Assembly (NCBI GenBank): GCA_951406725.2
Contig: OX597842.1
Location: 868,001-932,000, forward strand
DNA: 64,000 bases
Direction: 5' to 3'
From: Octopus vulgaris
Lineage: Eukaryota
The notes beneath the pieces were generated by a model, which worked only from the letters and a program-made list of their open reading frames with translations, had not been told where the DNA came from and searched no databases. Numbering within the stretch: the first letter of the stretch is position 1; each line of letters opens with the position of its first letter. This document shows positions 41,792 to 53,292 of this stretch, piece after piece. The position numbers and the translations under genes were made by a program.

Positions 41792-42906
41792 AAGAGGCAT
41801 CAGTTGTGGTGTGCAAGAGAGACGATTGCGCTGGTATGGTCATGTGGCGAGAATGGATGAAGATAGGTGTGTGAGAAAGTGCCAATCCTTAGCAGTTGAG
41901 GGAACCCGTGGAAGAGGTAGACCCAGGAAAACCTGGGACGAGGTGGTGAAGCACGACCTTCGAACTTTAGGCCTCACTGAGGAAATGACCAGCGACCGAG
42001 ACCTTTGGAAATATTCTGTACGTGAGAAGACCAGGCAGGACAAGTGAGCCCAGCCCACTTATGAATGTCTTTCCTCCCTTGGACACAAAGACCTGTTGAG
42101 GCAAGCGAAGTCGATATAGGACCTCATCCGACGACAGACACCCATGCCAATCCCCTTTGCTTGCGAAGACATGTTGGGGCAAGCGAAATCGAAATCGAAG
42201 TCAAAATCGAATTGAATTGAACCAGCCAGGATCCCTGGTCTGGTGGTACGTAAAAAGCACTATCCGACTCGTGGCCGATGCCAGCGCAGCCTCCACTGGC
42301 TTCCGTGCCGGTGGCACGTAAAATACACCAATCTGACCGTACGACAGGCACCCATGCCAACCCCCTTGCTTGCGAAGACATGTTGGGGCAAGCGAAATCG
42401 AATTGAACCAGCCAGGTTCCCTGGTCTGGTGGTACGTAAAAAGCACTATCTGACTCGTGGCCGATGCCAGCGCCGCCTCCACTGGCTTCCGTGCCAGTGG
42501 CACGTAAAATACAACCCCCTTGCTTGCGAAGACATGTTGGGGCAAGCGAAATCGAAATCGAATTGAACCAGCCAGGATCCCTGGTCTGGTGGTACATAAA
42601 AAGCACCATCCAACTCGTGGCCGATGCCAGCACCGCCTCGTCTGGCTTCCGTGCCGGTGGCACATAAAATACACCAATCCGACCGTGGCCGTTGCCAGCC
42701 TCGCCTGGCACCTGTGCAGGTAGCACTTAAAAAGCACCCACTACACTCACGGAGTGGTTGGCGTTAGGAAGGGCATCCAGCTGTAGAAACACTGCCAGAT
42801 AAGACTGGAGCCTGGTGCAGCCTTCTGGCTTCCCAGATCCCCGGTCGAACTGTCCAACCCATGCTAGCATGGAGAACGGACGTTAAACGATGATGATGAT
42901 GATGAT
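41789..42906 (+). mobile_element. 5'-truncated RTE LINE (ORF ends 42047) with a triplicated 3'-UTR segment and (GAT)n tail
   Basis: [13 protein letters not shown]...GRGRPRKTW, related to 3809-4876; TGCTTGCGAAGACATGTTGGGGCAAGCG recurs at 42158, 42367 and 42521. Confidence 0.9.
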
Positions 42907-42953
42907 ATACATACAAATCTATATATCTTTTATATATATATATACACACACAA

Positions 42954-43500
42954 GAGGTCTGAACAATAAGTTTCCAGACCGTTGCCATAGTAACAAAGCT
43001 AAAGCAAGCAGAGTGAAGCTGCTTGGCACAGATTGACCTTGAACTCTGCTGTGGATGTTTACTAAGTTTTAATGTTCTAGCTCACTTCTGTTGTTTACAG
43101 CAATGCTTGGAAGGAAGGTATGTTGTGTGTGATCATTGTATTAACATTGACAGAGAAAGTTGAGCAGAGAATCTACATCAAATTTTGCCAAAAGCTTGGT
43201 GGTACCTGCTCAGAGGCCTATGCAAAAGTTTCAAAAAATCAAGGAGATCTTGTGCGACTGAAACCTGAAAGCAGTTTTGGCACAAACTTGGTAGACACAC
43301 ATCTCATACCGAAATCTTTAGTGATAATGGACTGAACTGAACTGTAACTAATCTGTACATCCTCTGATAACCCACGGATGATGATTTGATGATTTCCCCT
43401 CACAGCTGCATGCACATCTCCAATGTTTTTCTCAGTTCTGCGGGCTGCAGGTTTCCCAGAATGTTCATCCATGTCGACATTTTTCAGCCATCTTGGAAAC
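42954..43500 (+). mobile_element. Mariner-family remnant with internal inversion
   Basis: Plus strand EQRIYIKFCQKLG, then minus strand DEHSGKP...GMRCVSTKFVPKLL. Confidence 0.75.
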
Positions 43501-43509
43501 GTCTGACCC

Positions 43510-44460
43510 ACTCAGACAGAGAATACGGACAGAGAATACCAGAAGAACTGGTCATACCAATGAGCTACCAACGAAAACTCATAGACACACGCGACATAAT
43601 AATCCAACAGTTTGTTCCAATCCTGTACAACACACTCAATCAAATAAGCCAAACAACAGATATAGGAACCAGGATGTCCTCTGGTTCAACCCAATTTTTG
43701 GCAGAAAACTTTTTGCTGCTTTAGATAAATGTTTTCCTAAATTTAATCAGTATCTTGCTATTTTTAATGGACACACATTGAAGGTATTGTATGCCAACTC
43801 TGCTAATTTAGAGCAGCTTATGCATCGAATAAACAATAGCAAAGGTTCACAAACCCACCTACTGGATCTAGAAAACATTTGCATCTAAATACTAACCAAG
43901 ATGTAAACCGCAATGTTACACACCAATTACAACAAAAATTGTAGTAGTAGTAGAAATACTTATGAAACAGCTAACACGGTAACAGCACCGGTAAATGGAG
44001 TTGGGACTGCCTTTATATGGAGATAAATACGATAAATGCTCATGCAGAGATAAATCTAAATGTCCTTTGATGAACCTCTGTATGAGTATAAATCTTGTAT
44101 ATAAATGTACTGTGCACAGAAGGGGAAGGCCATATGTTTACATTGGGCAGACAGCTGATTCATTTAAGAATCATTATCATAAATAATCATGTTGCAGCTT
44201 TAAGACAATCAATAAGAGACATTCAACATCTTTGGCAGGTTTTGTATCATGACAGAAGGAGGATAAAATGAAGTACAGCATTAATTGGTCCATAGTAAAG
44301 CACGTGAAACCATACAATATAATTTCCAGGAGATGCTATCTCTGCTCCAAAGAATCCCTGTCTATTCTGTAGATTAACGAGATCATCAACAGAATTTCTG
44401 AACGACTCTCGAGATACCCTACAAATGCTGTGGAAATGAATTTTGAGTAACCATTAACAG
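43510..44460 (+). pseudogene. Penelope-like element (Neptune-type) C-terminal GIY-YIG endonuclease remnant
   Basis: VLWFNP...LDKCFP...IFNGHTLKVLY; CSCRDKSKCPLMNLC...LVYKC...YIGQT...STSLAGFV...INWSIV...KPY...CYLC, with stops and frameshifts. Confidence 0.8.
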
Positions 44461-44710
44461 AATTTAATTTACTTTAAGGTATGGATGACTGAAGTTTGCA
44501 TTTAACCTCCCAATTCTTACAAACACCAAGTAGATAGTTAACTCGCTTTATGACCATGAGTGCATGAAACCTCACTTGTGCATATACTCACATTTTCACA
44601 GAAACTCATGCCACACAGCTTGCCTGAAGGTATTTATACATCCATATTTGTTAATGGTTATTTTTAATAATTTTCTCACTATTTTCATGTTTGTTTCTCT
44701 TTTTTTCCAT

Positions 44711-45094
44711 ACTCTTTACTCTTTTACTTGTTTCAGTCATTTGACTGGAGCACCGCCTTTAGTCGAGCAAATCGACCCTAGGACTTATTCTTTGTAAGCC
44801 CAGTACTTATTCTATCGGTCTCTTTTTGCTGAACCGCTAAGTGACGGGGACATAAACACACCAGCATCGGTTGTCAAGCAATGCGAGGGGGACAAACACA
44901 GACACACAAACATATATATATATACATATACACGACAGGCTTCTTTCAGTTTCCGTCTACCAAATCCACTCACAAGGCATTGGTCGGCCCGAGGCTATAG
45001 CAGAAGACACTTGCCCAAGATGCCACGCAGTGAGACTGAACCCGGAACCATGTGGTTGGTAAGCAAGCTACTTACCACACAGCCACTCCTGCGC
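44711..45094 (-). mobile_element. SINE family A, full length
   Basis: Family consensus match. Confidence 0.88.
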
Positions 45095-45179
45095 TTCTGT
45101 GATTTTATTTTTGATCTTCTATGAAAATGAAGATATTTCCTCTGCCTGATTGCTTTACTTTCTACAATGCAACACGTTA

Positions 45180-45688
45180 TTGGGTTGTCCGGAAAGTTCA
45201 TACAAATTTATAGTCGCTTACCTTTCGACTTATTTTAGAACATGGTTGAGTCCATAAAATAGGATTTGACTACACCTCCATTTAGAGCACAGTTTAAGCT
45301 ATCTTTCCATGGAAGAAGGTTTATGTTCCTATAACCTGTGTTAATTCTGTAACCCTTTAAAATGGAAGATAAGAAACTTCATTTTCGGCACTTGATGCTT
45401 TGCTTTGGGAACCAGACAAAAATTGCTGCAGCTCGGCTGGGATGTGTTACCCCACCCTCCATATTCACCAGATATTGCTCCTTTGGATTTCCACTTATTC
45501 AGGTCTCTGCAGAATAGTCTTAATGGTAAAAATTTCAATTCCTTGGATGACGTAAAAAGATACCTTGATGAATTCTTTGCCATGAAACCACCTGAATTCT
45601 GGGAAGAGGGTATTTTCAAGCTAAAGGAAAGATGGAGATGCATTGTGCAACAAAATGACTCATGTTTGGTTGATTAAAAATGTAATGG
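45180..45688 (+). mobile_element. Internally deleted mariner (DD34D-type) element
   Basis: TA + TTGGGTTGTCCGGAAAGTTC terminus; MEDKKLHFRHLML fused to LGWDVLPHPPYSPDIAPLDFHLF. Confidence 0.85.
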
Positions 45689-46182
45689 CCTTGTGAGCAG
45701 ATTTGGTAGATGGAAACTGAAAGAAGCTCGTCCTATGTATCTATGTGATTGTGTGTGGGACAACTGATGTTGGTGTGATTACATTCCTGTAAATTAACGG
45801 TTCAGCAAAAGAGACTGATAGAATAAGTACTAGGCTTACAAAGAATAAGCTCTTGAGTTGATTTGTTCGACTAAAGGCAGTGCTCCAGCATGGCCACAGT
45901 CAAAATGACTGAAACAAGTAAAAGAGCAACCAGACATTAGGACGTAGCACAAACAATGTATTAATAAGACGCTCAGAGAAAGAAGAGAGCTCTTCTTCAT
46001 AAACAGCAAAGTCCAAAGAAAAAGAAAGAAGAATGAAGAATATATATATATTCTGCATATATATATATGTATATATATACATATATATATATATACATAT
46101 ATATACATATATATATATATACATATATATACATATATATATATATACATATATATATATACATATATATACATATATATAC

Positions 46183-46213
<31 letters not shown>

Positions 46214-46316
46214 CATATATATACATATATATATATATACATATATATACATATATATATATATACATATATATACATATATATATATACATATATATAC
46301 ATATATATATATATAC

Positions 46317-46365
<49 letters not shown>

Positions 46366-46384
46366 CATATATATACATACATAC

Positions 46385-46437
<53 letters not shown>

Positions 46438-46443
46438 AACACT

Positions 46444-46869
46444 CACAAAAACCAAAGCAGTCAGAACTGGCATCAATGACTACCAAAGCCACACACACAA
46501 ACATACACATATATACACAGATGAAAGTATTACAAACGACATACAAACACACACACATATAAAACATACACATATATACACAAAAAAAAGTATTACAAAC
46601 ACACACACAGACAAACATAGAAACATACATTTACATATATTCGCATAAATGAAAGTATTACAAACCACATGCACACACATACACATATACATATATACAC
46701 AAACGAAAGTATTACAAATGGCATACAAACATACACACACACACACTAACAGAAACATACACTTACATATATTTGCATACACAAATGCATTACAATTCAC
46801 ACACACACACACACATATATACACATAAAAGAAAGTATTACAAACCACATACAAACACACTCATACATG

Positions 46870-46903
<34 letters not shown>

Positions 46904-48045
46904 CATAAAAAAAAGTATTACAAACACAAACACACACATAAAACATAAACATATATACACATAAATGGAAATATTACAATCCACACACACACATACACAC
47001 ATAGATATATACACAAACAAAAGTATTATAAATGACATACAAACACACACACACACACAAACATACACTTACATATATTCACATAAATAAATGTATTACA
47101 ATTCACACACACAAACATACACATATACACATAAAAGGAAGTATTACAAACTACATACAAACACACACACATATATATATACTAGCAGTATCGCCCGGCG
47201 TTGCTCAGGTTTGTAAGGGAAATAACTATAAAGCATTTTTAGAGAGTTATAGCCAAAAAATAGCAAAAAAATTATGGTAAATTTTTTTTTTACTTAAAAA
47301 AAGGTTGAGTTGCGTCCCCTAGACAGTCTGTGGTTTGTGTTTCTGATTGTCGACCCCATGTCGATTTTATCGATTTTTTTCAGAACTGGGGGAACTTTTC
47401 AAAATTTTCGCTGCGTTAGTTTTGAATTATGACATTGGGCTATGTGTGTGTCAAGTTTCATCAGAATCGGTTGAAAGCCGTGGTCAGGGTGAGGGTACGA
47501 GAAAACAGACACACAGAAACACGCACAGACAAACTGCCGTTTATATATAGAGAGATACACATAAAAAAAGTATTACAAACACACACACACACACACACAT
47601 AAAACATACATATATATACACATAAATGGAAGTATTACAAACCACACACACACACACACGAATATATTAAAAACCACACACACACATAGATATATACACA
47701 AACGAAAGTATTATAAATGACATACAAACACACACACACAAACAAACATACACATATGTACACATAAAAGAAAGTATTACAAATTGCATACGAACACACA
47801 TACACACACATATAAACACATAAAAGAAAGTATTACAAATCGCATACGAACACACACATACATACACACACATATAAGCACATAAGTGAAAGTATTACAA
47901 AACTACATACGAACATACACACACACACATGCAAACATACACATACAAATATACAGAAACGAAAGCAGAACAAACCACACACACACACACACACAGAGAA
48001 AGACCAAAGCGCTGACAGAGCCGGCATCAATGACTGCCAAAAGCC
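46444..48045. repeat. Array of ~17 AAAGTATTACAAA-like motifs with CA-rich variable spacers, bounded by ~45-bp direct repeats
   Basis: Motif recurs every ~50-80 bp; ACCAAAGC...GGCATCAATGACT(A/G)CCAAA at ~46451-46490 and ~48003-48045. Confidence 0.75.
47182..47555 (-). mobile_element. Non-autonomous Helitron
   Basis: Same 5' TCTCTCTATATATAAA and 3' hairpin-CTAG termini as 17529-18044; A|T target; different interior. Confidence 0.75.
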
Positions 48046-48225
48046 GTACAACTGGACAGAAGAGAAATCTAAGTCGATTCTAGAGAAACATCTTGAAGTG
48101 GAAATTGTCAAAAGACACAACGCCAACATCGGAGTCTTCGAAGAATTCGGTTCCTCTTAAGTTGTTTGGTGTGAAACGGAATGAAGAGGGCAAGATAGCT
48201 GCTATGGAAGCAAGCAAACGGATAC

Positions 48226-48360
48226 CTTAGAATCTCCAAACATACTTCTTTGAGGAGGTTTGGCCGATTTGCTGAAGGATGCAGCGCTGCCCATCATCGT
48301 CTTTGGTTTGTTTGAAGAATCTGTTAAGTTTGCAGAAGTTGTTATCTGGTATGTAACATT
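48226..48360 (-). CDS. Candidate internal coding exon (135 bp, phase 0-0) of an unidentified gene
   Basis: tttcctttgcctcccatgccaacctcttcAG | NVTYQITTSANLTDSSNKPKTMMGSAASFSKSAKPPQRSMFGDSK | GTatcc; complex non-repetitive sequence; no family recognised. Confidence 0.4.
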
Positions 48361-48559
48361 CTGAAGAGGTTGGCATGGGAGGCAAAGGAAACCTTAGAAA
48401 GGTAGTGGTGGTGAAGGGTGGTTGTTGTGGTGGTGGTGGTGGTGGTGATGGTCGTGGTGGGGGTTGTTGTTTTTGTGGGGGCTGAGCAAACATCGCCAGG
48501 TCATATTTCATATTTCATACATCAGAACAGCTCTGAGAGAATGCTAAGCCATAGTGGTG

Positions 48560-49220
48560 CTGATGGTGATGACAATGATGATGGTGATGGTGGTGATGAT
48601 GATGATGTGAGTGATGAAGATGCTGGTAATAACATCATCATCACTGCTATCTTCATCATTACAATCATCATTGTCACCGCCACCATCATCACCTCCACCA
48701 CCACCACCACCACCATCATCATTACAATCACCATCTTCACCATCATTACCACCACCACCATCATCATCATCATAAACATCATCATATGCAGTCATTATCA
48801 TCATCATAACCATTGTCATCATCATCGTCATCAGCACCATCACTACTACCACCACCACCACCACCACCACCATCATCATCACCACCACCTCCACCATCAT
48901 CATCACAACCACCATGATTGCTATAATCATCATCATCATCACCATCATCACCACCATCATCATCTCCATTATCATCATCATCATCATCTTCAAAATCATC
49001 ATAATCCTCATCTTAATCATCATCATCTCCAGCACCATTATTGCCATTGTCATCACCAGCGTCATTACCTCCTTTACCACAACCATCATCATCTCCACCA
49101 CCACCACTACTGTCATAGACATCATCCTTATCAACACCACCACCATCAACATCATCTCCATTGTCATCATTATCAATACTATCACTACCACCATCCCCAT
49201 CTGTCTCACCATCATTATTG
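48560..49220. repeat. (GAT)/(CAT/CAC)n trinucleotide low-complexity tract
   Basis: Direct inspection. Confidence 0.9.
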
Positions 49221-49476
49221 CTTAATGTCCAACACTTTCCCTGACTTCATGCAGTGACCAAAATCTGGTAAGGCAGCTTTTCAACGGCCAGGGGCCCTTC
49301 CTTTTTCCGAGGACATTAATACTGCCCCATGGCTTCACATGTTTTCTCAGAAGATCAGAAATGAAGGACACCTCTTGTATGTGATGTCAAAGCAATAAGA
49401 GAGTAACACACAGTCACACACACTGAGTCACACACACACAGTGTCACACAGACACACATATGTAGACACACATAAG

Positions 49477-49890
49477 GGCGGCAAGATGGCAGAAACATTA
49501 GCACGCTGGGCGAAATGCTTTGCAGTATTTCGTCTATCTTTATGTTCTGAGTTCAAAGTCTGCCGAGGTCGACTTTGCCTTTCATCCTTTTGGGGTCAAT
49601 CGAATAAGTACCAGTTACACACTGGGGTCGATATAATCAACTTAATCCGTTTGTCTGTCCTTGTTCGTCCCCTCTGTGTTTAGCCCCTTGTGGGTAGTAA
49701 AGAAATAGGTATTTCGTCTGTCGTTACGCTCTGAGTCCAAATTCCGCTGTGGTCAACTTTGCCTTTCATCCTTTCGGGGTCGATAAATTAAGTACCAGTT
49801 GCACACGGGTCGATGTAATCAACTTAATCCCTTTGACTGTCCTTGTTTGTCCCCTCTATGTTTAGCCCCTTGTGGGCAATAAAGAAATAA
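49477..49890 (+). mobile_element. SINE family B with a tandemly duplicated body
   Basis: Full copy to ~49710 followed by a second GTATTTCGTCTG...AAAGAAATA unit. Confidence 0.82.
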
Positions 49891-50184
49891 GACACACATT
49901 TGTAGACACATGCACACACATACATATTTGTACACATACAGACATACACACACATATATACACACACACACATGTGTACACACAAACACACACACGCATA
50001 TATATATACACACACAAAATAGGTGTTTTTGGCTAAATTTGAAGATGCTTTTATGTCGCCTTTTTTCCAGACACAACCTGATACACTGTTGTGGACAGTC
50101 AACGGTGTTGGAGAGCATAAAGATTAAACTTGTACAGTTCTATATTTAAAAGATGATGAATTATTTACATTATTTACATTTGAC

Positions 50185-50614
50185 GCATATGGTGTAGTGG
50201 TTAAGAGCACGGGCTACTAACCCCAAGATTCCAAGTTCAATTCCAAGCAGTGACCTGAATAATAATAATAATAATTTATTTCTTTATTGCCCACAGCGGG
50301 ATAAACACAGAGTGGACAAACAAGGGGATTAAGTTGATTACATCGACCCCAGAGATTAACTGGTACTTATTTAATCGATCCCGAAAAGATGAAAGGCTAA
50401 GTCGACAGTAGACGAAATACCGGTAGGAATTTTGCCCAGAATGCTAATGTTTCTGCCAATAATAATAATAACATCAAAAAATACCTTAGGAATGAGAACC
50501 TAGGTTTGAAATTTCCCCCAAGACACCTGATGAAGGCTGGAGGGTATATCAGCTGAAAAATTGTGTTGATAACAAACAAGATGAGGATAAAAATTTGCGT
50601 CGAATGTATATAAT
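50185..50614 (+). mobile_element. tRNA-headed SINE family D with (AAT)n linker and hammerhead-like 3' part; SINE B nested at 50276-50460 (-)
   Basis: A box TGGTGTAGTGG, B box AGTTCAATTCC; GACAC-CTGATGA-A-GGCTG...CAGCT-GAAA...GTGTT at 50522-50567; second copy at 59220-59511 (-). Confidence 0.65.
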
Positions 50615-51879
50615 ACTCTTTAACTTGTTTCAGTCATGTGACTGCAGCCATGCTGGAGCACCACCTTTAGTCGAGCAAATCGACCCCAGGACTTATTCTT
50701 TGTAAGCATAGTACTTATTCTATCATTCTCTTTTTGCCGAACTGCTAGGTTACGGGGACATAAACACACCAGCATCGGTTGTCAAGCGATTGTGGGGGGG
50801 ACAAACACAGACACACAAATATATATAAACAAAACTGTCCAATGAACGTGAACATGAAACTGTGAGTAACTGTTTTTGTGATATTTTTGCTACTTTTTAA
50901 TAAAGTGTATATATATATATATACACTTTATTATATGTGTGTGTGTGTATATATATATATACACACACACAAACAAACAAATAGATGTTTGTAAAAATAT
51001 GCGTATAAATGGTTCTTTTCCTAAAAAATTGTGTATATATATATATATATATATACATTTTTGTAAATGTTTGTATATAAACATATGTATATATAATGGC
51101 GGTGCCCCAGCATGGCCACAGCTCATAAGCTGAAACTAGAATCAATCAATCAATCAATCATATAATTGTGTGTGTGTGTATATTTATATATGAAAATGTG
51201 CGTGTATATGTATATATACATGTATATTTGTGTGTATGTATATGTATGTATATATGTGTATATTTGTATATATACACACATATATACATATGTGTATGGA
51301 GGTGAGATGGGCTTCTTTTAGTTTCTGCCTATCAAATCCACTCCCAAGGTTTTGGTCCAAAGCTATAGTTGAAGATACTTGCCCAAGGTGCCACGCAGTG
51401 AGACCGAACTTGGAACCATGTGGTTGGAAAGCAAGTTTCTTACCAGACAGCCATGCCTGTGCCTATATAGGATGGGCTTCCTTCAGTTTCTGTCTACCAA
51501 ATCCACTCACAAGGCTTTGGTCGGTGTGAGGTTATAGTAGAAGACACTTGCCCAAGGTTCCACACAGTGGGACTGAACCCAGAACCATGTGGTTGAGAAG
51601 CAAACTCCTTACCATAACCTCTTGCCACACAGCCACACCTTCACCTACCCCATTACTTATATAAATAGATAAATCTTTAAAAAACTGTAAATCCTGGGCC
51701 CTGATATCTTCAAATGAAACCCTTCAAGATGGCGCACCAGCATGGCCACATTCTCATGACTAAAACCAGTAAAAGACGAAAGACGAAAGATAACAAGTGC
51801 CAAAAATTGCCAAACCGATTCCACTTCATTCCTGACCCATCCACCCCCCCTCATGGCCTCCACCACCTTCACCACCTAC

Positions 51880-52027
51880 TTGCCTATGTCTCTTGATCCG
51901 CTTATGACCACCACTGCCGCTGTCTCGCTTCAATACCGAAACCAGGAACTGATACGGCAGCGGAGTGTTTGGCATAGCGATAATGGTTTTATTGAAGAAA
52001 GAACAAGAATTACATCATAGCAAATGT
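51880..52027 (-). other. CpG-rich exon-like island (148 bp)
   Basis: Strong pyrimidine acceptor ccccctgctctccctgccAG; donor CAA|GTaggt; internal frame MPNTPLPYQFLVSVLKRDSGSGGHKRIKRHRQ ends in phase 0. Confidence 0.25.
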
Positions 52028-52141
52028 CTGGCAGGGAGAGCAGGGGGGGGGCAACAGGGGTGGATGCATTCATATATATATATGTGGGTATATATATATA
52101 TATATATACATGCACATGTAACATATACATACATATAGGTG

Positions 52142-52180
<39 letters not shown>

Positions 52181-52727
52181 ATGTACATACATTAACACAT
52201 GCACACACATACATATATACATATATATATACACACACATATAGACATATATATACATATATACACATACACACAAATATAGACATATATATACATATAT
52301 ACACATACACACAAATATACATGTATATATACATACACACATGCACATATTCATATATAAATATATATACACACACACACAAAGATATATATATGTATAT
52401 ATACAAACATTTACAAAAATGTATACATATATACACAATTTTCTAGGAAAAGAACCATTTATACGCATATTTTTACAAACATCTATTTGTTTGTTTGTGT
52501 GTGTGTGTTTATATATATATATGTATACACACAAATAAAACACACACACATGCATATTTATATATATATATATATATATATACACTCACATTTGTTTATT
52601 TATTTACTCATATGTATAAATACATACCTTCACACATATGCATACATGCTTGCATACATATATACACATAAATACAATGATATATACATATATATTTATA
52701 TACATACATACATATATATTTATATAC

Positions 52728-52761
<34 letters not shown>

Positions 52762-52766
52762 GTTTG

Positions 52767-52810
<44 letters not shown>

Positions 52811-53249
52811 TGTATGTATATATATATATATATATATATTTGGCTGGAGCTGACTGCAAGCTGGGAACAGGGGTGCCGAGCTTCAGGTGGCGGAGAGGAG
52901 GAAAATCCGCTGTCAAGCCTTGACACCATGATCTGACAACAGTAATCCGATGCTGTAATACAGATGTCACTGGGAATTGAACCAGGAAAGGGGATAAGAG
53001 GTGGTGGGGAGGGGGCATAAAGAAGGGTAAGGGGATTAGGGGAGTGGGGGCGGTGCAGGAGAGAGTATGGAAAAAGGACGGAAGGATTTGGCTTTGAACA
53101 AGTTTCTTTTAGTTGTTGGAGGGTGTGTTGTTACGGAGAGGTGCATAGATATGAGAGTGGAAATGTGTGTGTGTGTGTGTGTGTGTGTTTTGCACATGCA
53201 AAATATATATTTGATGAAATGCATATTCTGATGATTATGCAAATGTACA

Positions 53250-53292
<43 letters not shown>

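Noticed and set aside
44540-44585. Possible hammerhead remnant downstream of the PLE endonuclease
   Set aside because: Core reads CTTTATGA and stems I/III cannot be formed convincingly.
46444-48045. CRISPR array interpretation of the motif-spacer array (and of the 32-bp array)
   Set aside because: Eukaryotic context, no cas genes, repeat too short and degenerate, spacers low-complexity and related to each other; the 32-bp array has no spacers.
48418-49257. His-rich 279-aa ORF
   Set aside because: Derived from CAT/CAC trinucleotide repeats; all frames give homopolymer-like peptides.
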